DNA from: Balanoglossus misakiensis
Taxonomy: Eukaryota; Animalia; Hemichordata
Direction of reading: 5' to 3'
Assembly (NCBI GenBank): GCA_040954595.2
Contig: CM082592.2
Span: forward strand, 4,542,735-4,606,734
DNA: 64,000 nt
Under the pieces are notes generated by a model. The model saw only the letters and a program-made list of their open reading frames with translations. It made no database searches and had not been told where the DNA came from. The position numbers were made by a program, and so were the translations under genes. Positions 52,138 to 64,000 of the stretch are shown piece by piece; the first letter of the stretch is position 1, and every line of letters starts with the position of its first letter.

Positions 52138-55100
52138 ATGGCATCTCTGGTCACGTTGAGGTTGTGTAATGTGGGTAAAACAGGTACGTTTTGTGTTCGC
52201 ACCTCGATGAAATGATGACTGTCAGTAGAGAGAATGTAAATCTAGCATTTTCGATGGTACCGGAGTTGACTGGCGTTCATTTGACGGCCTCCGATGACGT
52301 TTTCACACTTGCCCCACATGTAGTGCATGTGGTCGAGAGACCTCACATGAACTGCAATCTGCATGTGGCATGGATGTGGGAGAGCAGAAGTTTCCTCATT
52401 GAGTGACCTGTGTTCCTACCCCATCCACAGTATTAATAGTCGTCGACCTATACCTTGTTGTTGTTAGATATGCATTCCGCAAGGAGACATACATACTCTC
52501 ACCATTATGGCAAGGGTGTGCTCATCTCTTCGGGGGGGGGGGGGGGGGGGATAACTCCGGATGATTGACTGCTCGATTCAAACAGTGCTTTGAAGTTACT
52601 GGATGGAACATTAAGCACTCATGAAAAATATTTAAAAATTCATGAACCTGAATTTCTTGTCAAGTAGCGAAAGTTTATGAATAGTCGTGTTGTCATGACA
52701 ATATCAATAAATTTATTAACAATATTAGGAAGACTGCAAGTGTCATGTCTTCATCGGAAAAAATCACTAACAATTATTTTGTTTGTTTCAGTGCTTAGGA
52801 AATCAGCAGTACGGACTTGGGTTGAATCGTCATATGTAAGTATTATTTTTATGCTGTGAATCATTGTACTATGGTATACTGATAAAAATACCCCAAAATT
52901 TATCAGTAAATGTGCCATTGGGTAAAATATCCTTGAAAACGATTTTATTTAAAGCCCTGGCATTTTCTGAGTTTTGGATATTAACATAATTTTATCATTC
53001 TGTTTCATAGAGTCAACAACTTCTGAGCAATAAATATATTTTATCAAGATGTTACGCAGATGCAAAGCAGGTTTATGACAGAAAGAAACCTCACGTCAAC
53101 ATTGGCACAATCGGCCATGTTGATCACGGAAAAACCACATTGACTGCAGCCATCACAAAAAGTAAGTGTCTGTTTGATTTCATCAGTTCCTGGTGTTTAA
53201 AGGGACATTAGCTTATCTTTTCCACTTTTCGATATAATTTAAGACATAAAATACCACAATTGTATCATTGTTTGTTTATACTTGCTAACAGTATTGTCTG
53301 AAAGGAGTGCCGGGACCAAATTTCACAAATACGACGAAATTGACAAAGCTCCGGAAGAGAAGAAAAGAGGTATCACCATCAACTCAGCTCACGTAGAATA
53401 TGAAACAGAAACAAGACATTATGCTCACACAGACTGCCCTGGACATTTAGATTACATCAAGGTGAGTTCATCTGCCAGTATGAAACATTTTACATTCTGA
53501 AAAAGTTGCAGAATTTCTGACTCATCTTTGGCACAAATGGTCATGTGATCTTCCATGGGCCTTGGCGCATAAAACTATGCATGTTTTTTGGTTGACATTT
53601 CAAAGTCCCCATAATAACTAGGTGTTGGCACAGCACTTAAAACTCAGGCAATTGATGGCAGAGTGCCATGATAATTTCTAGACTTTTTTAGTAATAGGAA
53701 TGATTAGAGTCTATTTGATAGTTTCAACACCATATTTAATATACATGTATATATATAATCTAGTTACCTAACAAACTTGCTTTGAAAGCCATGTCATAAA
53801 AAATCTATTTTTTTCTCAAACAATGCTATAACATAAAACAAAATAATAATGAAGATGCAAACATTGCCCCACAGAACATGATCACAGGAGCTGCCCAGAT
53901 GGAAGGTGCCATATTAGTGGTTGCCGCGGACGATGGACAGATGCCGCAAACCAGGGAGCACTTACTTCTAGCAAAACAGGTACGGTGACATCAACATCAA
54001 GTTTTAACTGCTCTTCCATTAGTGTTGTTTACATTAGGCATCCATGATATAATGCATCCTACTGTTTGTCCTGATACCAACCTCGATGAAGACACTCATG
54101 TTGTGATTAGCATATTTGATGACAAAACGCGCATCCTTCAGAAATTGAACTCAGCACGGCACTCGGCAGTTATTGATGAAACCTTTTTTTGTCCTGTAGA
54201 TCGGCATGGACAGGATTGTAGTGTTCGTCAATAAAGCTGACGTGGTGGACGGTGAAGTTTTGGAGTTGGTGGAGATGGAGATGAGGGACGTGCTCAGCGA
54301 GTACGGCTTTGATGGAGAGAACGCGCCCATCATTGCAGGCTCGGCGTTGTGTGCACTGGAGGTGAGGAACTATTATCTCTAAATGATTTGCCTGAGAGAT
54401 ATGGTTACTCATACTTTGTTGATTTTTCTGTAATTTTCTGCACTTTTTGCAAATTGACGTACGGTAAGCGCTGAAATGCAATCCTGTTGTATAGCTATTG
54501 TCCCATGAGTGTTGGCATTTGCAAAGCAATGTATAACGCAAAACACTCGCCAAGTGACAGATTTCAAGATATTCATGTATGCAGAAGATAATACAATGTT
54601 AATGTTCCCAACATATCATATACATGTAGTAATCAGATGCCCACTAGAAACCTGAGAATTATATATGGCTTGACAATAATTCTGGACAAAAATACATGTA
54701 TGTACTATGACTTTGCTAAAGTGAAGAACATATATCATCCCCTTTTTGTCTATTGTAGAATCGCAACCCTGAATTAGGACAAAAGTCGATTGAAGCACTC
54801 GTGGCTGCAGTGGATGAGTACATCCCTCTACCAGTAAGAGAGTTAGAGAAACCCTTCATGTTGCCAGTGGAGACAGTCTATTCCATTCCAGGTAAGGGGG
54901 GAGTGATAGTCCTCTTAGCTAAGTAGAGCATGTTTGCATGTTGCAACTGTTTGTACACAGAATGCAAGCAAATGTCATGCATTCTATATAGAAAAAAGAT
55001 CATTCTGGCAAAGTGTTCGACTGATAAAATTCAGCAAGATGTGGCTGAACTCGGTGGGAATTCTCTTCGGGGCTGCAGCTGATAACAGCAGCACAAACAA

Positions 55101-56653
55101 TGTTTAGGAGTTGTGACCGGAATGAAAACGACACTGATTTCAGTTTGTGAATTAAACTTTCTTGCGGTGTGATTGACTGAGGATATGTCTTATAAGTACT
55201 GGTTCATTGTAGGGCAGCGCTTAACTAAACTACGCAAACAAACAGGAGTTGTCTCTTTTTTACCCATCCAGGACGAGGCACAGTTGTCACAGGCAGGGTT
55301 GAGAGGGGCATCATGAAGAAGGGACAGGAAGCAGAATTTATTGGTTTTAATGCTAAAATCAAGTGTACACTAACAGGTAAGATGCTAATATAGCAACGTC
55401 ATTATGACGGCTACAAAGTCCTTTTGACATAGAACCACATGTTAAAAGAACCTTTATAAACTGGATACCTCTGCAAACCGAACAGTTTCTTCAGTCCCTT
55501 TGATGTCCAGTTTGGACAGGTTTTGCTGTATTAGATGTTAGAAGTGCCAACGTCTGATAATGTTTTATTATTATTTTACAGGAATTGAAACATTTCACAA
55601 GACGCTGGAGACAGGCGAGGCGGGAGACCAGCTGGGTGCTCTCTGCCGCGGTGTCAAACGTGACGAAGTCAAGCGGGGCATGGTTCTGTGCAAGCCGGGG
55701 ACGCTCAAGGCCCATCAGAACTTAGAGGCACAGGTACATAAACCCTGCCAGCCAGTAGCTAGATAAGGTTACCATGTACTGGTGTGGTAGCTTAGATGTA
55801 GCATTTGGCCATTACCGAAGAGACATGTTTCATGCAAAGTTTGATTGGAGCGTGATTCTACTGTAGAAACTGTTACTGTTGTAAAATGTCTGTGACAGTG
55901 ATCCAGTGTTGGATTTGTTTTGAAAATCTGCATGAAATATTAGTAGAGTAGTTCGCTAAAACTTTTGCCATGTTTCTCGGTTGCAGGTTTACATTCTGGG
56001 CAAAGAGGAGGGAGGTCGTCATAAACCATTTACGAGTAACTATTCCCCCGTCATGTTTTCCTACACATGGGATGTGTCGTCCAGGATAACCTTACCAGAG
56101 GGCAAAGAACTTGTCATGCCAGGTAGGTCTTCTCAACTTTGGCTGGTGTGTCTTTGTGACAAAAACAAGGGTTATAAATAACACTGAAACAACAGGTACT
56201 GTTTCATGACACATATTTCATGATCATTTATACTGGGTATATACCACAGCTTCGGGTCAGTTAGTGCCCATCTTCATGGGGTATGTATGTATGTATGTAC
56301 GTACGTACGTGCACAAATGAAGATGTACGCACATACGTATTTATGTATGTATGTATGTACTGTGTATGTTTTTCAGAAAGTGCATGTCTGATATTGATTC
56401 ATATCAGTCCAACTATGATTGATATTATGTGTGTCACTTTTCGTGCAACGTTATATTCAAATGGGAGCACAGTGTCCTTGACACTATTTTTTTCACTTTT
56501 GCATTGATCTCAGGTGAAGATGTCAGTCTGCAGTTGTACCTCCAGAAACCCATGGTGACAGAGGTTGGACAGAGGTTTACACTGCGTGATGGCAAAAGCA
56601 CCATAGGCACAGGAGTCATCACCAAAATCTTACCAGATAAAGAAAGTAAATAA
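52138..56653 (+). CDS. TUFM: Mitochondrial elongation factor Tu, 11 coding exons
   Basis: Exons about 52138-52183, 52792-52835 (presequence exons, less certain), 53011-53161, 53292-53461, 53875-53979, 54200-54361, 54759-54891, 55272-55376, 55582-55733, 55987-56122 and 56514-56653. Motifs [45 protein letters not shown] and RFTLRDG. Confidence 0.96.
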
Positions 56654-57802
56654 TGACAGTGGGTTTGTGTGAAAGATATGTGAAAAAAAACTAATGGTCT
56701 ATACCAGATGATAGGCGTTAGGGGGTAAGAGACTTGCAAGTCATTGTGGTGAAGATGTCTCCCACCTTTTGAATGGTGATCTGAATTTAGTGTGGAATTC
56801 TTATATACCAGGTAGTCATTAAATGGACGATTAATTCTCAGCTGTTGCCCTCAATTATAATCTGATAATTTTTTTGCCATTATGGATAATATCAAAGCAC
56901 AATTACAGTGGATTGCCCAGAAAAAGATTGCATCTCGACATTATTCACGATACAAGTAAAACTTTATTGGGAACTTCACAGAACTTCAGATACCGTCTTG
57001 TTCTGGGTCACTGCAATGCCAGCAGTGTCAATGTCGTCAATATTGTCTGAGAACCAATAGTAAATCACTGTAGTATGCTTCCGAGTTCCTGTACGTTTAT
57101 TTATGTATGCATTGTTTTAAGAATAAAATGCCAAACATTTTTCAAGACCAGTTCACTTTATTTCGGCTTTCCAAACTTTCCCAATGCAATTGCAAGCAGG
57201 CAAATAAATATATACAAATCCACTAGAATTTGAAAATGCATTTATCACATGAGAAGGTAGGTTAAGTCCATGAATGGAAGAGGCAGATTTATCTATCATT
57301 TCCAGAAATTGTAAGTATTGGTAATTTCTGTTAAAATGCATTGCCCATTATCAACATAGTGGTCATAATTTCAGGAATTGAATTTCATCTATCACTCCCA
57401 AGACATGGACTGATGGTCATCTCAGTTTAACTTGTCACTCAAAGGTTATAAAATCACTTTGAGACAAAATATAATCCATTGTCTTTCTTTGGTGCTACAG
57501 AAGTAAGTTAGGATTCAACAAAATGAAAAACGTTAAAAAGTACAAGATATGAGATGCAAATAGTATTAAAGCTGCACATGTTTAGTCATTTGATGTTTCT
57601 ATAGTTTTCTTTCAAAATACTTTTCTATATAAAATTACGCATGATCCTACTGCACTATAGTTGCCGCATTATGTTGTGCGTTAAGCATGTAACAATTTAC
57701 TGTACGTTAATTGTTCATGTCAGCTCAGTGTGGATGAGCATGTCCAATCTGAGCAGAAAATGGAATATTGGCCAAATCTAATACGAATCATCAACATTAT
57801 AT

Positions 57803-60190
57803 TCAGTCTTCTTCGCTTCCGTTTCCCGTCTCTCTAGCAAGATGCCTCATGTGAGTCCATATCACCCAAAGCTGTGAAGAAATAAAAACATTCACAAGGG
57901 GATTGGTGAAATTTCACACTGCTCTATCTGAATCATCTGCTTGGCTCTCAGCAAGGTGAAGCAAGAATAATATTAGTATTCGCAATACGAAGGAAATTTA
58001 TTCAGCATGGACATGACTTTTTTTGTATCAATCTCGTAAAATTTTGCTTCAACAAGATTAAAATGTACGTATGCTGCAGTCATCTGTGGATTAATGTTAG
58101 AGATGTGAGCCATTACTGTTTGAGTTGTAATGGGGGTTGCTTCACTCACCTCGACCATCGCACCCACTGCTCTGCCAGCACTGAGCAGAGCAACAACCAC
58201 AAGCTGCCATATGATGGAAATCCCGAAGCTGACTGACAGTACCCTGGTGTAGTGACCGTACATCCATATTGGTAAGACGTGAATGCCGAGGATGACGAAT
58301 ATCCCTAGCGGGGTCTTGAAACCTGTAACAGAGGAATCGAGGTGTCACTATATATCCAGATGTAGAATAACATAAACGGTGTCTTGCATCAAACATAATT
58401 AATGGAAAAAGAGCAGTGAGAGAGAGAGACTTTGTCCCTTTAACAGTAACCGTAACTGTGACAGTGGTGAGTGAATGGTTTCTGCAATTGAGGTAAAGAA
58501 CACACAACAGGGCAGTTTCGCTTACCATTGGCCATCACTTTCCTGACCAGAAATGGAGCGTTTTCAAATTTCTCTTTCCAGTCAGCCCCCAGCTGGCTGT
58601 GGGTGCACACAAGGGCACACCACTCTATGCAGGGTACAAACCAGCCCCACTGGAGTAAAAAAGATCAGAAATAATCATCAAGAAATGTAACAGAGTCAAG
58701 TGAAGGTATCACAATGTTAATTGATGTCGCACGTTGTATGTCGCCATCCAGAAGTTTTCTTCTGAACAGGGTTGAATGGTTAACAAACGCCTAACATTAA
58801 GAAATGTAAAATTAGGCAAAAATCACCACTTATGCCCCTTTGCATTAACTTTGTTGGTTAATTTACAAAACATCTTGTATCCATGGCCAAATATAATAGC
58901 CAAACAAATATATTTGAAGTATAAACATATATACCGGCATACTTACATGATAGATACGACTCCATATCATTGCCCTTCCAATATTGTCTATGACAACATC
59001 AAACTGCAAAGAAAAAAGCAACCCCATTATGTCAGTGAGTCTGTAACACCTACTCATGCATGTCCACACACACATACAGTACTTGAATTATACAATATGT
59101 ATACATTATACATAATGTGAAAAGTCCCAAAAAGACTAGAATGTTGAATGATACAATTTTGTGTTCATTCAACATATTACATTTACTCACCCAAGCACCA
59201 AAAGCTGAGCACTGATTAAGTTTTCTTGCTAAATAGCCATCAAATCCTGAATGAAAAAATAAATGTAAAGTATTCCTGAATTTTCCAGATGTCCGCAGGA
59301 TAGAACGAAAGGCAGTTTTAATAGATGCTTGATCAAAATTTGATTTCTGTATTGTCTGAACCAGTAGGTTTGATGGTGTGCCAATTTTGAACCATAACAA
59401 GAAAAGTGATGTCATTTCCTGTATAAATGTTTCCCCTGTCTTATTAACCCTCCTCAAAACAACATGACAACAACAATCAAAGAATAACTTACCATCAAGA
59501 ACCATGGAGATGGAGTACAGAATGACAAACATAGTCTGCCATCTTTCAAAATAGAAGTATGCTATTGCCAACAATATAAGTCTTATGTACCCTTTAAAAT
59601 AGAAACACAATATATTTAGGTAAATTTATACCACCTGTTATGTATTAAAGTATGGTAGCCCTAGCACATATTCAAAAGTTTTCCTGGCCTCTTCATTTCT
59701 TAATTCCCAAGTGTAAATTTAGGGATTAACAACTCTTAAAACTTTGTATTATTAACTCTTAAAACTTTGTATTATTTCCATCATAATGTAGCACTTGGGA
59801 ATAGCATGACAGTGACACCAGTTCAGTGCTTACTCTGGGCTTCTTTAATGATATTTTTAAACCTTTTAATTTGTTTTATCAGTTTATGGACATATTTCAT
59901 AAATAAGCATGTTTCAACACATATAATGGTGTACATTTGATACATGCTTTAGAGTGATACATAGTACAGTATTGTATAAAACTGGACAGTCTTTCGAAAC
60001 CAGACCCAGTTCAAAGAAAGCAAGACAAGACAACTGTATGTGTTACTAGTAATACATGTACATGTACTATTGATTGTTTACCTATCACGTTTGGAATATA
60101 TAGAAACACATTTCGTGACATATTGCTGCTGTCGTTGACCGCCCCCGGAGTCTGATTTGGGTGACGGGAACGGGTCCCTTTACGCGGCAT
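57803..60190 (-). CDS. CDP-alcohol phosphatidyltransferase family protein (PIS-related, not canonical CDIPT)
   Basis: Exons 60190(or 60121)-60082, 59591-59493, 59246-59191, 59003-58947, 58649-58526, 58322-58150 and 57871-57803. N-terminal FLYIPNVIGYIR; complete signature DGFDGYLARKLNQCSAFGAWFDVVID. Confidence 0.85.
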
Positions 60191-60632
60191 CTCCGTCACT
60201 GAGGTGGGCTGTGGTTTCTATTCTCGGAACTATGTGGTAACCGCAGCATAACGTTACAATAACAATAGATTGTCCATTGATAGAGACACGGAAAGGTACA
60301 TCCTTCGTCTGCACAATCGTCTTATGTAATGGTACGTCTGATTGGTTGCCAGTATACTATCACTCTCCATCGAAACCAATGATATGCAGTCTTTTAACAG
60401 GGTGTTCCTCGGACAAGGTCAGCATACAACAGGCTGTGCACAGTGTGAATAGATCTCGCCCTAAATTCAGCAGAGTCGTTGTACTAAGCCCATCAGACAT
60501 CCAGGTATTTTCAATTGGAGGTTAGTGTTATCGGTCATACAAATTCAAGAATATTGTGACTGGTATGCGGCTGTGCTCACGTTGGTAAAATACTCTTTGT
60601 CGAACGAGGTCAAGAGAGGACGGGCTCTGAAA
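60191..60632. promoter_or_regulatory. Bidirectional promoter between the CDP-alcohol transferase and carboxypeptidase D
   Basis: Divergent ATGs ~440 bp apart; inverted CCAAT (CTGATTGG) near 60338; AAAATGGCG at the CPD start. Confidence 0.55.
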
Positions 60633-62078
60633 ATGGCGTCGAAAGTGAGTACGTGGATGCAAGTCGACAGAGGAAAGTTACTTGTTGTGGTTTTTGTGAC
60701 TCTTACATTTACAAATTTACACGTAGTTCAAGCAATGTACAGGACACGCAGTGCCATAGACACGAGAAGGTATTACGACCACGCTGAACTTACAAAACTT
60801 TTAGAGCAATATGCTCGTAACTTCAATCACATAGCAAGACTTGAATCCATCGGCAAAAGCGTCGAAGGTAGAGACATTTGGGCGATGAAGTTGTCTGACA
60901 AGCCTGACGATGTTGAACCAGGCGAGCCCTTCGTGAAATATGTCGGCAACATGCACGGGAACGAAGTTGTAAGTCGCCAAGTACTTATATATTTAATTCA
61001 GCACCTGTGTGAGAACTATGATAGCGATGCCCGCATCAAAACATTGCTTGACTCGGAAACCGTGTACATAGTACCGAGTTTGAACCCTGATGGGTTCGAG
61101 AAAGCGAGAGTCGGAACGTGCTCCGGAGTCCAAGGGAGACCAAATGCCAACGGCGTTGACATGAACCGAGACTTCCCAGATCAGTTCAATCCGATATCGA
61201 AGCAGGAGAGCTGGGAGAACCGACAACCGGAAACGTTGGCGATGATGAAATGGATTCTGGAGAAGCCATTCGTGCTGTCCGGGAACTTCCACGGGGGTAG
61301 TGTTGTGGCCAGCTACCCGTACGACGATTCGCGATCCCACGTCCAAACGGGGAGGTATAGCAAGACGCCCGATGATGCTGTGTTCAAACGCCTGGCACAC
61401 GTCTATTCAACGGCCCATATGACAATGCACCTTCCTGGCGATAGATGTGGAGATAGATTTGATGAGGGCATAACAAATGGAGCAAGTTGGTATGATGTGC
61501 CAGGTATGTATGTTTTGTGTGGCTTTAATCTTTAAAGGGCTGTTGGGGGGGGGGGGCACCGGATATCCCGTTGACTTGTTCTAAGTTGTAGGGTATCCAT
61601 TCAAGATTGCTCCCTGATTACTAAGAAAGCAGCAAAAATGACTAGCTGTGGTATCGCAGCTGTACCGTTGGGTGGGGGGGGGGAGATGCTCTCCCCCACA
61701 CCCAACCCCGATGGTTCAGCTGCAATACCACAACTGCAAAAATGATGTGATGTGAGAGAATGTTAGGGTAAGGTTTAGGTGTAGGGCCCATACTGTATAA
61801 CTGCTGTGGGAGAACACCGGTATTAGTGGTAATGAAAAACGTTTGAAGCCTCTTGTAATACACACACAATGACATGCAGACTGACTCGCCAGTTTCTTTT
61901 ACATGTATGTGTTTATATTTTTTATTGTGCAACAGGTGGCATGCAAGATTATAACTATCTACACAGCAACTGTTTTGAAATAACCCTGGAGCTGTCGTGC
62001 TGCAAATATCCACCTCCGTCTGAGTTAACCGAAGAATGGGACAACAACAAGGAAGCACTCATTGCTCTTTTAGAAGAG
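60633..62078 (+). CDS. CPD: Carboxypeptidase D-like M14B metallocarboxypeptidase, first two exons; continues off the right edge
   Basis: Exons 60633-61503 and 61936-62078. Signal-like hydrophobic segment, [57 protein letters not shown]. The CPD assignment among M14B members is inferred from domain-I style sequence. Confidence 0.85.
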
Positions 62079-62795
62079 GTAAGAATTTGTTTACACAGAT
62101 GTGAAGAAGCCGGTAATCTTAATCTCTCATTTTGGAACATCCTGGAGAGAACGATTAATTTTTATCTACTGTCCATTTCCTTATATTGCGTCATTCACTA
62201 TCTCCATTAGAACCAGTAGGATAATGAATGTTTTATTTGTCTTTTGATTCATGTACTCTCATGTACACTGACCGATTAGATGATTTCCCACCAAATCAGA
62301 AGAAAGATCACATTGGTCAACATCTGTAATGTTAAGCTGTACACAGACGCTCATATACATGTTTATCAATACCATCCAATTTTAGATAAAAGACCAGCTA
62401 TTTTGCTATGATAGTATAATTTGAGATGTAAGGCAGGAACCATTTGTAAAATGCGTCCATGATTTCTTTTTAAACATTACTCTTCAAATGGCCGTTATGA
62501 TTTAGATACCACAAAAATATTATGCTTATGTTTGATGAATAATACGCTGATACCACACAATGTGTGCTTTATTCTTAAACAATGTCGGAATTGAATGTAA
62601 AAATGGCACATATATTTTGTATGTTTACTCGGGCGTATCACGACCATCATTCAAATTTTAAATTATATTTTTACCCTCAGTTTCTTTGTTCCACTGTTAA
62701 TGTGGCTTACAGTATACCAGTATATTGTCTATCTGCTAAGTGTTTGAATAATAAACCTTTGTCCTACTGCATGAACAGAATGTCATTTTGCAAGT

Positions 62796-63412
62796 TTAAA
62801 GGGGAAATCCGTCGTAGCTGATTTCTACATAATTTGGTAGCTTTGATGTCACTCTTTCAGAAAAAAACATATTCGCCATGTATAGGTCGCGCGATTTTTT
62901 ACAAAATCTAGAGAAAGTTCCAATATGGCGTTTACTGTAATTTGAATCATGGGAAAAAAAGCGCCAGGACCAACTTCCGCCCACCTTAGTGTGGGTGATA
63001 CCATTTTCCGATTGGTGTCACTGCGTCACAAGCTAAGCGTATTTGCATATTTTCGATGGGTTATAGCTCATGAAAACTGTCAATAGATGACAAATTTTCG
63101 ACTTTGCTGATGATTGTTTATCAACTGATGCAAAGAACAAACAATAGCTATGAAAATACGCCTAGTCTGTCGCCCAGTGACACCTATCGGAGAATGGTAT
63201 CACCCACACCATGGTGGGCGGAAGTTGGTCCTGGCGCTTTTTTTCCCATGATTCAAATTACAGTAAACGCCATATTGGAAATTCTGCCAACTTTCCCTAG
63301 ATTTTGTAAAAAATCGCGCGACCTATACATGGCGAATATGTTTTTTTCTGAAAGAGTGACATCAAAGCTACCAAATTATGTAGAAATCAGCTACAACGGA
63401 TTTCCCCTTTAA
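62796..63412. mobile_element. Foldback-like MITE with ~250-bp inverted arms, TTAA TSD and AGGGG termini (Kolobok/T2-like)
   Basis: TTAA-AGGGGAAATCCGTCGTAGCTG... at 62796 mirrors ...CAGCTACAACGGATTTCCCCT-TTAA ending at 63412. Arms at ~62800-63050 and ~63150-63408 are near-identical in reverse complement. Confidence 0.88.
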
Positions 63413-64000
63413 GTACAATTTTTCAGTTTGCAAGGATGGGGTTCTAATTAAATTAATAGCACTTAATATATGGAAAGGTCTGTAATGTGGGAACGATCAC
63501 ACATGTGTGCAGACGGGGCTGAGAGGTCATGTAGTGTGGTGTATATATCTGACACTACACTAAATCCAAATCAGATATGATCCATAATCAGTCTGAGAGT
63601 GGACAGATGTTTCCTATGTGATTGTTGCTTATATTTGGTAAACAGTGTTTGGTTTCTAGCTAGAGTGCAAATTACATGTAAAGAAAAAAGGCTGACACAA
63701 GAAATGTCTGTAAATTTCAAATTGGCTCGAACCTTTAAAAAAATCATGTTTGTTGCAGGGCATACTGCTAGAGTGCATGCAAAATTTATGCTTTGTACAG
63801 AACAGACCTGACGTGAATGCATCAGTGGATAATTTTATGAACATTACCTACTGCAGTGCATCACCTTGTGTATCGAAAATTGATAAAAATTGTTCTTTAC
63901 TTCCCAAGAGAATCATTAGTAATAATGATATGCCACACAAGTTGTTTCGACGTTGAGTAGTACTGGTCGGTAGCATTCTGCCAAATTGATATTTTGAAAC

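Noticed and set aside
57803-60190. Calling this gene CDIPT/PIS
   Set aside because: Only the N-terminal motif region resembles PIS; the C-terminal half does not, so no symbol was assigned.

Overview
Gene-dense, intron-containing animal DNA. It is AT-rich with GT-AG introns and microsatellites, and gene content suggests an invertebrate deuterostome such as a hemichordate (inference). In order: the 5' exons of CUX1/CASP (-), head-to-head with a complete NUP88 (+); a five-copy tandem array (-) of an unrecognised secreted ~186-aa protein with 8 conserved cysteines; a complete, divergent GH38 lysosomal alpha-mannosidase-like gene (-) with a duplicated, probably mutually exclusive exon 3; three tRNA-Gln genes; a TRIM-NHL gene with an intronless CDS (+); AIP (-) head-to-head with mitochondrial EF-Tu (+); an orphan CDP-alcohol phosphatidyltransferase (-) head-to-head with the 5' part of carboxypeptidase D (+). 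There are also several MITE-like elements. The most interesting items are the mosaic five-gene secreted-protein array (possibly an extracellular FABP-like fold), the mannosidase exon pair, and dense ATCAAT clusters in the CUX1 intron. All gene models were assembled by eye from splice signals and recalled protein families; no database searches were run.
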